The notes under the pieces are model-generated. The model made no database searches. It was not told the DNA's origin and worked only from the letters and a program-made list of their open reading frames with translations. A stretch of 64,000 bases of DNA from Patescibacteria group bacterium (GTDB lineage: Bacteria > Patescibacteriota > Patescibacteriia > Patescibacteriales > UBA12465). Each line of letters opens with the position of its first letter. The first letter of the stretch is position 1. The DNA lies in NCBI GenBank assembly GCA_023229115.1, contig JALNZW010000006.1:2523-66522 (forward strand), written 5' to 3'. This document shows, one piece after another, positions 17,412 through 27,569 of the stretch. Both the position numbers and the translations under genes were made by a program.

Positions 17412-19592
17412 CTAATTCAATTTAAAAGATAAAACTTCTTCTAAATTTTCCAATTTATTTATCTTAATTAAATTATCGGAAAGGCTATAAAGATTTTCTT
17501 TAATAAACAAACTTCTTTTAACAGAATTACTATAATAATTTTCAAATAAACCTGAATCGGCATGAGCAATTTGGCCCTGTAGAACAAATTTATTATCAAC
17601 GATATTGAAAATTAACAGACCATTAAAAGACACGTTACCCCAAGAACGATCGCCCGTCTTCTCCCTTAAGACGGCTGGAACTATTAAGATATTTTTTTCC
17701 TTTGAAAACAAGAAAGCACGATGATCATAAAGAGCAATTGATTCACTGCCGGAATCACCAATAATATAAGAATCTAGTTCTTGAGGATTGTCATTGGAAA
17801 CATCAAATAGAGAAAGTTTCAAACCACCATTAGTAACCCTTCCATCTTCATTTTCTTGAGCATCCTTGCCAAAACCAATTAAAACATTATTACTATAGGG
17901 ATGAAGATAATTAGAAAATCCAGGAATCTTAAGCTCACCCAAGACTTTAGGATTATAAGGATCTTTTAAATCTATCGAAAATAGTGGATCTACCTGTTTA
18001 AAAGTAACGATATAAGCCTTATCACCCATAAAACGAACCGAATAAATTCTTTCTCCTTCAGCCAAGCCTCTTATCTTACCAGTTATTTCTAAGTTAGAAT
18101 CCAATACATAAAGATTATTATAAGACTCACTTCTCTCCTCTACAAACCTTGACCAAGTTTGATTTCTGGTTGTAGCTATTCTAAAAAAACCATCAGATTC
18201 ATCCATTGAGAATTGATTTAAAACGGTGCCAGGAACTTCAGCCATAAAAATTGGCTCAACCGAACCCTCAAAAACAGCTAGCTTGTGAACAACAGTCTTT
18301 TCTAGTTCATCCAAAATATTAGGGTATTTCTGAAACATTTTGTCATCCAATTCTTTTTGTAAAACTTCTCTTTCGGGAGCAGATAAAAGACTAGAATACA
18401 AATCTAGAATTCTTCTAACTTTATTCCTCTTTTCACTCAAGCTTAAAATATTATCCGAAACAGCCTCAATTTCATCAACAACCTTTCTGTCATTTTCAGA
18501 TAAACGAGGATAAACTATTTCCAATAAAACATCAGTTTCAATTTCATGCTCATTTAAATATTTAGTATAGGTTAAATATATATTATCCCGAGAAACATAT
18601 AAATTTTGACCACTTGGCAATAAATAAAAATGGCTTTGTGGCTCGCTTTCAAAGTCAGAAATATTAAAAGAAACAATACTACTTAAATCAAAGCCACTAT
18701 TATAATAATCATCAAAATAATAAATCTCCGATGATAGACATTTTAAACCAGATTGACAATCAAAATTAACATCCTTATCTTGATAAATCATTCTTGGCAA
18801 ACCACCTCCGTAATAATTATAATTATTAACCAAAAAATAAAGATAATCACCAATTAAACGAGAATTGAAATAAGAACCATCCATTTTAATATCTTTTTCT
18901 TTCTGTGGATTCAAGCGATCAGATATATTGTAAACTTGTAAAAAAACACGGGAGGACATTGGCATAATATAACTAAGACTCTTTTCGTACAAAATGTCAT
19001 TACGAGCCATAAAATCGTTACCGAAAACAACTAAACTATCACCCTTAACATAAATATCTATTGGATTAGAATCAAACTTGATTTGACTTATGATTTTTGT
19101 TTCTTCGGCCGGATAAGAACTTATTATATATAAATTTTGACCAGAAACATAATAAATATAGTTGCCATCAGTTTTAACTATATCAGCCTCATCAACTCCC
19201 TGGACCTGAATATTGGTTGTTGAAAAATCCAAACCTTCGGTCATGGCCATTTCATTTGAGCTTTCAGCTTTTGGAGCTGCTTGCAAACTATCACTAAAAG
19301 CCAAATCAACTCCAGTTCTCTTCATAAAGCCATCGTAGTTGCTAGATAAATCAGAAACATTATTTTCAACGAAAGTATTGAATTCTTTTAAATTATCAAA
19401 TTTTAACATTTTTGAAGAATGTTTAGCCGATAAACTTCTGTCAATCAATTCTGGCACTGGCTCATTATTATCTACAAAGTCTCTTTCCTGATATCTTTGT
19501 TTTATCTTTAAAAACAAGAAAGAAACAGTAATAACTAAAATAAAAAAAATCAACACAAAAGATTTCAATTTAAAATTTTGATTTTTAAACAT
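17412..19592 (-). CDS. Secreted or anchored beta-propeller domain protein (Beta_propel/PF09826-like)
   Basis: N-terminal TM, then TNIQVQGVDEADIVKTDGNYIYYVSG, which I recognise as the start motif of that family. Length 726 aa. Confidence 0.6.
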   Translation of the reverse strand: MFKNQNFKLKSFVLIFFILVITVSFLFLKIKQRYQERDFVDNNEPVPELIDRSLSAKHSSKMLKFDNLKEFNTFVENNVSDLSSNYDGFMKRTGVDLAFSDSLQAAPKAESSNEMAMTEGLDFSTTNIQVQGVDEADIVKTDGNYIYYVSGQNLYIISSYPAEETKIISQIKFDSNPIDIYVKGDSLVVFGNDFMARNDILYEKSLSYIMPMSSRVFLQVYNISDRLNPQKEKDIKMDGSYFNSRLIGDYLYFLVNNYNYYGGGLPRMIYQDKDVNFDCQSGLKCLSSEIYYFDDYYNSGFDLSSIVSFNISDFESEPQSHFYLLPSGQNLYVSRDNIYLTYTKYLNEHEIETDVLLEIVYPRLSENDRKVVDEIEAVSDNILSLSEKRNKVRRILDLYSSLLSAPEREVLQKELDDKMFQKYPNILDELEKTVVHKLAVFEGSVEPIFMAEVPGTVLNQFSMDESDGFFRIATTRNQTWSRFVEERSESYNNLYVLDSNLEITGKIRGLAEGERIYSVRFMGDKAYIVTFKQVDPLFSIDLKDPYNPKVLGELKIPGFSNYLHPYSNNVLIGFGKDAQENEDGRVTNGGLKLSLFDVSNDNPQELDSYIIGDSGSESIALYDHRAFLFSKEKNILIVPAVLREKTGDRSWGNVSFNGLLIFNIVDNKFVLQGQIAHADSGLFENYYSNSVKRSLFIKENLYSLSDNLIKINKLENLEEVLSFKLN

Positions 19593-19888
19593 ATATTTTT
19601 ATTAATTTTATATTAGTAATATAGCATAAAAACAAAATAAATAAAAGATATTTGTTCTTTTTCCAAACTTTACAAAAGGCAGATTATTTGCTAGAGTGAA
19701 TTAAAGGGATTTAAAAATTAAAAACTGTATTAGGAAATTAGACAATTATGACGATTTTAACCCAAAAATATAAAATAAAAGCTTATATAAAAACAAAAAA
19801 CAAACTAACTTTAGCTAAAATTTAGTATTTTTTGTTTTTTTCTCGTCTTTTTAGACTTGTCTTCCCCTTCCTAAAACAAAATAAAAAT

Positions 19889-21403
19889 ATGGAATATGCG
19901 ATTTATTTAATACTACTCGTTGGTGGTTTTTTCATTGGTTTTTTATACCAAAAAAAATCATCAGCTAAAAAAATTGAAGGAGCTGAAAACAAAGCCGAAA
20001 AAATATTGAATGAGGCTAAAGCTAAGCAAAAAAAATATGAATTAGAAGCTCAAGAAAAAGCTTTAAAAATAATAGAAGAAGCTAAAAGAGAAGAGGCTAG
20101 TCGTCGAAAAGAAATAAACAATCTTCAAAAAAGATTAGAAGACAGGGAAAATGCTTTTTCACAAAAATTACTAGCTTTAGAAGAGAAACAACAAAAACTA
20201 TACGATAAAGTAAATGAAGTTCAAGAAATTAAGGAAAAAATCAAAGAAATCAAAGAAGAACAAGTTGCTAAACTTGAACAAATTGCTGGATTAAGCCCAG
20301 AAGAAGCCAAAGAATTGCTTATTAAAAGTATTGAAGAGAAAAATAGTGAAGATTTAATGGCTAGAATTAGCAAACTACAAAATCAATCTAACGAAACAGT
20401 AAATGAAAAAGCTAAAAACATGATTGCCTTTGCTGTTCAAAGATTGGCCTCTAACTACACAGCCGAACTAACAACAACTACAGTTGATCTTCCAAGCGAT
20501 GAAATGAAGGGCAGAATAATTGGTCGAGAAGGTAGAAACATCAAATCAATTGAACAAATGACTGGAGTCGAAATCATAGTAGACGATACCCCAAATGCTA
20601 TAACAATTTCTGGATTCTCTTTAATCAGAAGGCATGTTGCTAAGAAAGCCTTAGAATATTTAATTAAAGATGGCAGAATCCATCCAACCAAAATTGAAGA
20701 TGCTGTTAAAAAAGCTAAAGAAGAAATTTCAATAGATATAAATAAAGCTGGAGAAGAAGCTGTTTATGAAATTGGAGTTGCTGGATTTGATCCAAAATTG
20801 ACACAAATTATTGGAAGACTAAAATACAGAACTAGTTACGGTCAAAATGCTTTAGAACACTCTATCGAAGTAGCTCATTTATCAGGCATGCTAGCTCAAG
20901 AATTGGGAGCTGATCCTAGCTTAGCTAAAAAAGCTGGATTATTACATGATATTGGTAAAGCAGTTGACCATGAAGTACAAGGAAACCACACTGAAATAGG
21001 AAGAGATATTTTGAAAAAATACAACATCCAACAAGAAATTATAACCCCAGTTGAAACACACCATGACGATAATCCACCAACATTATTATCAATTATTGTA
21101 AAAACAGCCGATGCCATTTCCTCAGCTAGACCCGGGGCTAGACATGATTCCTTTGAAAACTATATTCAAAGATTGGAAGAGTTAGAAAAAATAGCCAATT
21201 CTTTTGAAGGAGTTGACAAAAGCTATGCTATTCAAGCTGGAAGAGAAGTTAGAATATTTATATCACCAGAAAAAGTTGATGATTTAAGGTCTTATGAAAT
21301 GGCCAGAGAAATAGCTAAAAAAATAGAACAAGAATTAAAATATCCTGGAGAAATAAAAGTTAATATTATTAGAGAATTAAGAGTTATTGAATACGCTAGA
21401 TAG
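19889..21403 (+). CDS. rny: Ribonuclease Y
   Basis: N-terminal TM, coiled coil, KH domain (GRIIGREGRNIKSIEQMTGVEIIVDD) and HD domain (LLHDIGKA). I place the start at ATG 19889 rather than the track's TTG at 19832. Confidence 0.9.
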   Translation: MEYAIYLILLVGGFFIGFLYQKKSSAKKIEGAENKAEKILNEAKAKQKKYELEAQEKALKIIEEAKREEASRRKEINNLQKRLEDRENAFSQKLLALEEKQQKLYDKVNEVQEIKEKIKEIKEEQVAKLEQIAGLSPEEAKELLIKSIEEKNSEDLMARISKLQNQSNETVNEKAKNMIAFAVQRLASNYTAELTTTTVDLPSDEMKGRIIGREGRNIKSIEQMTGVEIIVDDTPNAITISGFSLIRRHVAKKALEYLIKDGRIHPTKIEDAVKKAKEEISIDINKAGEEAVYEIGVAGFDPKLTQIIGRLKYRTSYGQNALEHSIEVAHLSGMLAQELGADPSLAKKAGLLHDIGKAVDHEVQGNHTEIGRDILKKYNIQQEIITPVETHHDDNPPTLLSIIVKTADAISSARPGARHDSFENYIQRLEELEKIANSFEGVDKSYAIQAGREVRIFISPEKVDDLRSYEMAREIAKKIEQELKYPGEIKVNIIRELRVIEYAR

Positions 21404-21404
21404 T

Positions 21405-21713
21405 ATGGATAAAAAAAATAAAAAAATTATCAACCAAAAAAAATTAGCTAAAATTATTTTTGATAAATACAAAATAAAAAATTTATCAAAAAAAGAAATT
21501 GAAGAATTGTTTAAATTTTTTACTGATGAAATTATTGAAAAATTAAAAGAAAATACTTCCGTTAAAATAACGAGTTTTGGTACTTTTAGTGTTAAAACTC
21601 GTTATTCACGCGGAGGAGTTAACCCTCGGAATCCAGAAGAAAGAATAAAAATACCAGAAGTTAAAGTAGCTAAATTTAAAACTGGAAAAAAATTAAGAGA
21701 TGCTTTGAAATAA
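21405..21713 (+). CDS. hup: HU family DNA-binding protein
   Basis: SFGTFSVKTRYSRGGVNPRNPEERIKIPEVKVAKFKTGKKLRDAL. The ATG at 21405 lies just after the rny stop; the track starts at an upstream TTG. Confidence 0.8.
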   Translation: MDKKNKKIINQKKLAKIIFDKYKIKNLSKKEIEELFKFFTDEIIEKLKENTSVKITSFGTFSVKTRYSRGGVNPRNPEERIKIPEVKVAKFKTGKKLRDALK

Positions 21714-21807
21714 TAAATTCAAGGTATTGATTTAAAAAATTTTTTTTATTATAATAAAATCATTGTTTTTTTCAAAGACCTATAATCTTCAAATTAAAAA
21801 ACAAACT

Positions 21808-21881
21808 GTGTCCATAGCTCAATTGGATAGAGCGTCTGGCTTCGGACCAGAAGGTTGTGGGTTCAAGTCCTACTGGACACA
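21808..21881 (+). tRNA. tRNA-Arg (anticodon TCG)
   Basis: GTGTCCA TA GCTC AATTGGATA GAGC G TCTGG CTTCGGA CCAGA AGGTT GTGGG TTCAAGT CCTAC TGGACAC A. All stems pair. Confidence 0.8.
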
Positions 21882-21888
21882 CTAAAAG

Positions 21889-21962
21889 GGCTGGGTAGCT
21901 CAGCTGGTTAGAGCGTAGCACTCATAACGCTAAGGTCGAGGGTTCAAGCCCCTCCCCAGCCA
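21889..21962 (+). tRNA. tRNA with CAT anticodon (elongator Met or lysidine-modified Ile2; not initiator-like)
   Basis: GGCTGGG TA GCTC AGCTGGTTA GAGC G TAGCA CTCATAA CGCTA AGGTC GAGGG TTCAAGC CCCTC CCCAGCC A. The 1:72 pair is G:C and there is no GGG/CCC anticodon stem. Confidence 0.75.
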
Positions 21963-21973
21963 CCCTTTTATAA

Positions 21974-22046
21974 GCACCGTTAGCTCAGCTGGTAGAGCGG
22001 CTCCCTCTTAAGGAGATGGTCGTAGGTTCGAATCCTACACGGTGCA
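21974..22046 (+). tRNA. tRNA-Lys (anticodon CTT)
   Basis: GCACCGT TA GCTC AGCTGGTA GAGC G GCTCC CTCTTAA GGAGA TGGTC GTAGG TTCGAAT CCTAC ACGGTGC A. Confidence 0.8.
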
Positions 22047-22061
22047 CAAAAATTTGATAAT

Positions 22062-22093
22062 AAAAAAACAAGCCTTTAAAGGCTTGTTTTTTT
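22062..22093. terminator. Bidirectional rho-independent terminator between the tRNA cluster (+) and the pilin gene (-)
   Basis: Perfect 20-bp palindrome acaagcctttaaaggcttgt (22068-22087), flanked by A6 and T6. Confidence 0.75.
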
Positions 22094-22109
22094 AAAGCGA
22101 AAAATCTAT

Positions 22110-22574
22110 TTATAATTCATCGCAAGCTTTGTCAATAATTCCGCCTGGAGTAGCACATTTAGGACCAGCGCCCATTCCACCTGTTTGACCTCCTAAGCAA
22201 AAGCTAATAGTGTAGCTTCCCCAATAATCACCAACAGATGTTCCATCACCAGTGTATTCATAATCATTGTAATCAGCACAATTACTACCGTCAGCTGGTG
22301 TTGGGGCAGTTGGAATGATGTTCATATAAACAGTTGAGCCAGTACCAATTTGTCCAGCAGTATATTCACCAAGTAAATCTGGGTAATATTGATTATCGTT
22401 AAAGAACAATTCCAATGCTGTTTGCATTTGACGAACGTCAGCGATTCTTTTTGCATCTCTAGCATTCTTTCTAGCTTGTTGTAAAGCAACAACAGCCAAA
22501 GTTGCCAAGATACCGATGATGGCAATAACCACCAACAACTCGATTAAGGTAAAACCTTTTTTCTTTGTATTCAT
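22110..22574 (-). CDS. Type IV pilin-like protein, core only (candidate major subunit)
   Basis: MNTKKKGF|[27 protein letters not shown]: prepilin leader with Gly-1, Phe+1 and Glu+5. Two Cys pairs lie in the C-terminal half. I place the start at ATG 22574 rather than the track's upstream start. Confidence 0.85.
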   Translation of the reverse strand: MNTKKKGFTLIELLVVIAIIGILATLAVVALQQARKNARDAKRIADVRQMQTALELFFNDNQYYPDLLGEYTAGQIGTGSTVYMNIIPTAPTPADGSNCADYNDYEYTGDGTSVGDYWGSYTISFCLGGQTGGMGAGPKCATPGGIIDKACDEL

Positions 22575-22645
22575 AGTTTTTTTACCCCAAGTAGAATCAT
22601 AGGAAACTACCAAGAAGTATAATGATAAATAAGTTATCTAGCTAT

Positions 22646-22675
22646 ATTATATCAAACATATACATTATTGGTCAA
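22646..22675 (-). promoter_or_regulatory. Sigma-70-type promoter for the core pilin gene
   Basis: Minus strand reads TTGACC (22675-22670), an 18-nt spacer, then TATAAT (22651-22646). This sits about 70 nt upstream of the ATG, and GGGG lies 9 nt before the start. Confidence 0.55.
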
Positions 22676-22705
22676 TAGATTATAAAATAATTATAAAAAA
22701 TTAAA

Positions 22706-24145
22706 TTATTTTTTTTTATAATTTATAATTTCCTCCCTTAAAACAAGTCTATCATCCCAAAATTCTTTCTGTCCATTTTTTAAGCAAATAGCTTGTTCGC
22801 TTCCCTTGCCAGTTATTAAAACCAAATCATTTTTATTTGAAACTAAACTCAAGGCTTTTTTAATTGCCTCTCGCCTATCTAAAATTCTAAACAAAGATTC
22901 GCCCTCAATTTTACCAGCGCTCTTAGCTCCACTAGCTACTTGATTAATAATATCCAAAGGATTTTCATCATAAGGATCTTCGTTGCTTACAATCACAAAA
23001 TCAGCCTTATTACCAGCCATTTCTCCTAAAACAGAGCGACGACTTTTATCTCTACCACCACCAGCCGAACCCAAAATATGAATAAGACTCCCAGTTTCAT
23101 TATTTTTTCTTATTAAATCAATTGTTTTATACAATTTACCCAAAGCTACTGGTTCATAAGCATAATCAACTATTGCTAAAAAATCTTGACCAGCATCAAC
23201 CATTTCTATTCTGCCTGGAATATTTTTAATTTTTTTTAACTCACCAACAATTAAATCTAAGTCAAGTTCTTGATTTAAAGCCAAAGACAACAAAGGCAAG
23301 GAATTAATAACATTAAACTCTCCCAAAAGAGATAATTCTATTTTTTTAGAAACAAGCTGTTCCTTTCCCGATAATTTCTGTTTAAAAAATATATCAAATA
23401 AAATTTTATTATTAATTATTTCAACATTATCATAAAAAATAGATAAAAAATCGGTATCCAAAAATTGTCCATGATAATAAGCCATTTTTTCTTCAGACCA
23501 AAAATTAGAGAAAAAAGAAGCATGCTCATCATCACCGTTAACAACAATTGTTTTTCTGAGTTTACTAAAATTTATTTTAGATAAATTATTTTTAATCTTA
23601 ACAACTTTTTTTTCTTGATCAATATATTTACTTGAACATTTTTTTAAATGAGAAAATAAATTACCCTTAGCTTTTTTATAGTTTTCAAAACTGCCATGTG
23701 ATTCTATGTGCTCCGGATAAAGACTAGTAAAAAAAACAATGTCATAATTTATAAAACGATGCCTAAACTGTCTTATGCCCTCGGAAGTTGTCTCAACGAT
23801 AGCATAAACACAAGCATTTTTAACCATTTTACTCAACATTTTCTGAGTAAAAAACCGACCAAGCATAGTCATTTTTTTGTCATTTAACCATTCTTGACTT
23901 CCATCACTAAACATGGCGGTAGATGTATAACCAGTTTTATAACCAGCTGAATTTAAGGCGGTTGCCATTAAATAAACAGAACTTGTCTTACCAGATGTAC
24001 CAGTAATACCAATAACCACCAATTTATTGCTAGGAAAACCATAAAAAAAAGCTGCTAAATAAGCAAAGACAAAATGATAAGCTGGTCTCATTTTTTCTAA
24101 AAAATTACGAGGTATTATTTTTTTTATTAAGCTTATAATAGGCAT
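22706..24145 (-). CDS. murE: Mur ligase family protein (MurE-like UDP-MurNAc-tripeptide synthetase)
   Basis: P-loop VIGITGTSGKTS. The C-terminal segment VSNEDPYDENP corresponds to the MurE TSDNPRxEDP region. Confidence 0.65.
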   Translation of the reverse strand: MPIISLIKKIIPRNFLEKMRPAYHFVFAYLAAFFYGFPSNKLVVIGITGTSGKTSSVYLMATALNSAGYKTGYTSTAMFSDGSQEWLNDKKMTMLGRFFTQKMLSKMVKNACVYAIVETTSEGIRQFRHRFINYDIVFFTSLYPEHIESHGSFENYKKAKGNLFSHLKKCSSKYIDQEKKVVKIKNNLSKINFSKLRKTIVVNGDDEHASFFSNFWSEEKMAYYHGQFLDTDFLSIFYDNVEIINNKILFDIFFKQKLSGKEQLVSKKIELSLLGEFNVINSLPLLSLALNQELDLDLIVGELKKIKNIPGRIEMVDAGQDFLAIVDYAYEPVALGKLYKTIDLIRKNNETGSLIHILGSAGGGRDKSRRSVLGEMAGNKADFVIVSNEDPYDENPLDIINQVASGAKSAGKIEGESLFRILDRREAIKKALSLVSNKNDLVLITGKGSEQAICLKNGQKEFWDDRLVLREEIINYKKK

Positions 24146-24151
24146 ATAAAA

Positions 24152-26686
24152 TTACTTAGAAAAATATTTACCAAAGTCATCATCTAGCTCTTTTGAACCT
24201 TTTTTTGTTTCTTCATTATTGTTTTCAAAATCATCTTTATTTTCTATGTCAGATTTAAGCTCTTCCTTTTCATTAATGTCTGCTAGTTCTTCGTCTTCGT
24301 CTGTTTCTAAATCTTTATTTATATCTAAAGATTCTTTTTCTGTTTCTAAGTTCTCATCTAAAGCCAAGGGGCTTTCTTCCTCTTGATAAAAATAACTTCC
24401 TGGCGCCTTACTTTCAGAACGGTTATGCAAAGGCATAGCCGAAATTGAATTAGCAGAGTTAGCTCGCATTTGGTCACCAGAAACCAATATTTCTCTCGGC
24501 TTAGAACCATTAGATGGACCAATCATACCAATTTCTTCTAACATATCTAAAATACTAGCGGCTCGAGAATAACCGATTCTTAATCTTCTTTGCAATAAAG
24601 ATGTTGAAGCTTTTCCGGCCGCAAGAACTATTTCCTTAGCCTCTTCTAAAAGATCATCTTCGTCGCCAAAAGTACCGTCAAGACCAACACCAGCCACACC
24701 ACTTACTTTTTGCCTCTCAACTATTCCTTCTAAATAATCGGCCTGTCCATATTTTTCTTTAATATAAGTAACAATAGAAAGTATTTCAGCATCACTTAAA
24801 TAAGCCCCCTGAATTCTTCTTGGTTTAGAAAGTTCGGCTGTGCTAAAAAGCATATCACCTTTTCCTAATAATTTTTCAGCCCCTGAAGAATCTAAAATAG
24901 TTTTAGAATCAACAATAGAAGCAACTGAAAAAGCTATTCTAGAAGGAGTATTGGCTTTAATTAAACCAGTAATAACATCAACACTTGGTCTTTGAGTGGC
25001 CAAAATTAAATGAATACCAACAGCTCTCGACATTTGGGTTAAACGAATAACACTGCTTTCAATGTCTTTAGCGGCTGAAATCATTAAATCAGCCAATTCA
25101 TCAATTACAAAAACAATAAAAGGCATTTTTTCTTTACTTGACTCATTGTAACTTTGAATATTCTTCTTACCTGCTTGATTTAATATTTCATAACGCCTAT
25201 CCATTTCATTTAAGCACCATCTTAGAGCGTTAACTGTTTTGTTTACCTCCGTAATAACTGGAGTTAATAAGTGAGGAATATTATTATAAGCAGGAAGCTC
25301 AACCCTCTTAGGATCAACCATAATAAATCTTAAATCTTCGGGATTATTTTGATAAAGCAAGCCGACAATAATAGCATTTAAACAAACTGATTTACCGGAA
25401 TTAGTCGCACCAGCCACTAAAAGATGGGGCATTTTAGCAATATCATAAACAATATTTTTACCAGAAACATCCTTACCCAAAGCAGCCATTAAATTACTGC
25501 CACGAGTTTTAAATTCTTTGTCCCCCAAAATCTCCCTCAGACCAACAATCGCCTTAGCCTTATTAGGAACTTCAATGCCTACCAAAGACTTTCCTGGAAT
25601 TGGAGCTTCTATTCTAATAGGATGAGCAGCCAGAGCCAAGGAAAGATCATTACTCAGGGTAGTTATCTTAGAAAGCTTAACCCCTTCCGATGGTTTAAAT
25701 GTATATTGGGTAACAGTAGGACCAACATTAACTTCACCCATGTCAACTGAGATACCAAAATTCTCCAAAGTCCTTTGAATAACTAAAATATTATTTTTAA
25801 TATCCCCACTAGTTGCCTTTCCAATTTCAGAACTTAACAAATCTAAAGGTAAGTCAATTTTAACTTTCTTGGTCTTCCAGTTTATTTTTAATTCTTCTTG
25901 TTTTTTCTCTTTCTTTTCATCAAGTGTTCCTATTTCTTTTTTAGAAAAAAATATTTCATCATCCAATTCGTTATTCTTATTAATATTATTTTTATTTTTT
26001 TTAAATTCTATTTTTTTATCTAAATTTTCTTTCTCTTCTTCTTCATCCTCCTCCTCTTCTTCCTCTTCTTTCTCTTCTTCTTCCTCGTTTTCTAAATCAA
26101 AATCTTCCTCTTCCATCTCCTTTCTTCGAACTAGATTAGAAAACCAAACAATAATTTTATTAAAATAACTCTTAGAACCAAGGATGTCGGACAATGTTAT
26201 GCCAAATAGCAAGATTATTGCTAATAAAAATAAGGTTAAAATTATAAGCAAGCCCCCCCAAAAACCAAAAATGTTTTTTATAAAAATTGATAAATATAAA
26301 CCCAAATAACCACCACCTACTCCCGCTATAGCCTTTTCTTTTAATACTTCAGAATCAAAAAAGAAATGAAATAATAATGGCCAAGAAATAAAAAACAAGA
26401 AAAGACCAAGATAGTTAGTTTTTTTAGTAAAAAAAAGCTTGCCCTTATAAAGAGCTATGCTAAAAAAAATAAGCAAAAAAGGAAAAAACCATTTAGCCCA
26501 ACCAAAACCTAAGGAAAGATATTTATTTAAAAAAATTCCAAAACTACCAGACAGAGAAAACAAAGACAATAAACAAATCAACCCCAAAACAAAAATCACT
26601 AAAGCCAAGATGCTCATCTTAACTTTATTGTTAGTTAAATCATTTAATTGATAATCTCCTTTTTTCTTATTTTTTTTATTGGCCAT
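24152..26686 (-). CDS. ftsK: DNA translocase FtsK
   Basis: N-terminal TM block, acidic linker, motor domain (PHLLVAGATNSGKSV, FVIDELADLM) and C-terminal gamma winged helix (LLQRRLRIGYSRAASILDMLEEIGMIGP). Confidence 0.93.
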   Translation of the reverse strand: MANKKNKKKGDYQLNDLTNNKVKMSILALVIFVLGLICLLSLFSLSGSFGIFLNKYLSLGFGWAKWFFPFLLIFFSIALYKGKLFFTKKTNYLGLFLFFISWPLLFHFFFDSEVLKEKAIAGVGGGYLGLYLSIFIKNIFGFWGGLLIILTLFLLAIILLFGITLSDILGSKSYFNKIIVWFSNLVRRKEMEEEDFDLENEEEEEKEEEEEEEDEEEEKENLDKKIEFKKNKNNINKNNELDDEIFFSKKEIGTLDEKKEKKQEELKINWKTKKVKIDLPLDLLSSEIGKATSGDIKNNILVIQRTLENFGISVDMGEVNVGPTVTQYTFKPSEGVKLSKITTLSNDLSLALAAHPIRIEAPIPGKSLVGIEVPNKAKAIVGLREILGDKEFKTRGSNLMAALGKDVSGKNIVYDIAKMPHLLVAGATNSGKSVCLNAIIVGLLYQNNPEDLRFIMVDPKRVELPAYNNIPHLLTPVITEVNKTVNALRWCLNEMDRRYEILNQAGKKNIQSYNESSKEKMPFIVFVIDELADLMISAAKDIESSVIRLTQMSRAVGIHLILATQRPSVDVITGLIKANTPSRIAFSVASIVDSKTILDSSGAEKLLGKGDMLFSTAELSKPRRIQGAYLSDAEILSIVTYIKEKYGQADYLEGIVERQKVSGVAGVGLDGTFGDEDDLLEEAKEIVLAAGKASTSLLQRRLRIGYSRAASILDMLEEIGMIGPSNGSKPREILVSGDQMRANSANSISAMPLHNRSESKAPGSYFYQEEESPLALDENLETEKESLDINKDLETDEDEELADINEKEELKSDIENKDDFENNNEETKKGSKELDDDFGKYFSK

Positions 26687-26690
26687 ATTT

Positions 26691-27566
26691 TTATCCTATT
26701 ATTTCTTTTATTCTTCTTAATTTTCGGCTATCAATAACAAACCAATCAGCCGAACTTCTAATATAATCTGAATTTTCTTCAAAACGATGAAAATCAGATC
26801 CGCCAGTAGATATTAAATCAAAATTTTCAGCCAAAAATTGAGAATACATAACCGAACCAATTGAATGATGAGGGGACAAAACTTCTATACCATCAATGCC
26901 AGCCTCTTTTAACTTTTGAGTTATGTTGTTAGCATATTTATTATACCTGCCAGGATGACAAAAAACTAATTGACCACCAGCTTTTTTTCTAACTTTAACA
27001 ACTCTTTCCAAGTCAAGATAGGATTCATTTAAGCGCTCATCTTTACTATGGAAAAACAACTCTCGAATCACACTCTCTTCTCTCAAAATTTTAATTGAGT
27101 TATCCTTAGACTTGGCTGTTTTTAAAATTTTATTGTAATTAAACTTGTTTGATGACACCCTCTCACTTAAACGATTAATGGGAATATAATTATCAAATTC
27201 TGACAAAATATTTTTATCAATTTTAAATCCTCTACGCTCTAATTTTAACAAAGCTCTTTTCACTAAAAAAACTCTTCGGCGTCTACTTTCTTCCAACAAT
27301 TTAATCAATTCTTGATTATTCTCATTAAAATTATACCATAAAATATTTATTTTTTTATTCTTATATTTACAGTACAGCTCCAAACCATTAATAGCCTTTA
27401 TTTTATGCTTTAAACAAGCTTCTTTAAATTCATCTAAACCACCAAAAGTATTGTGGTCTGTTAAAGAAGCCACTTTAACGCCATTTTTTGCAACAAAGTT
27501 AACCAACTCCTTAGGAGTTAAATAACCATCGGAATAAATAGAATGTAATTGTAAATCAATAAGCAT
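26691..27566 (-). CDS. PHP-domain phosphoesterase (TrpH/YciV-like)
   Basis: IDLQLHSIYSDG...LTDHNT at the N-terminus, and later FCHPGRY and GIEVLSPHH. Confidence 0.7.
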   Translation of the reverse strand: MLIDLQLHSIYSDGYLTPKELVNFVAKNGVKVASLTDHNTFGGLDEFKEACLKHKIKAINGLELYCKYKNKKINILWYNFNENNQELIKLLEESRRRRVFLVKRALLKLERRGFKIDKNILSEFDNYIPINRLSERVSSNKFNYNKILKTAKSKDNSIKILREESVIRELFFHSKDERLNESYLDLERVVKVRKKAGGQLVFCHPGRYNKYANNITQKLKEAGIDGIEVLSPHHSIGSVMYSQFLAENFDLISTGGSDFHRFEENSDYIRSSADWFVIDSRKLRRIKEIIG

Positions 27567-27569
27567 ATT

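Noticed and set aside
25990-26110. Long pyrimidine-rich, periodic-looking tract (cttcttcatcctcctcctcttcttcc...), considered as a possible repeat array.
   Set aside because: It is in frame within ftsK and encodes the acidic linker EEEEEKEEEEEEEDEEEEKE. It has no spacer/repeat organisation and no conserved repeat unit.
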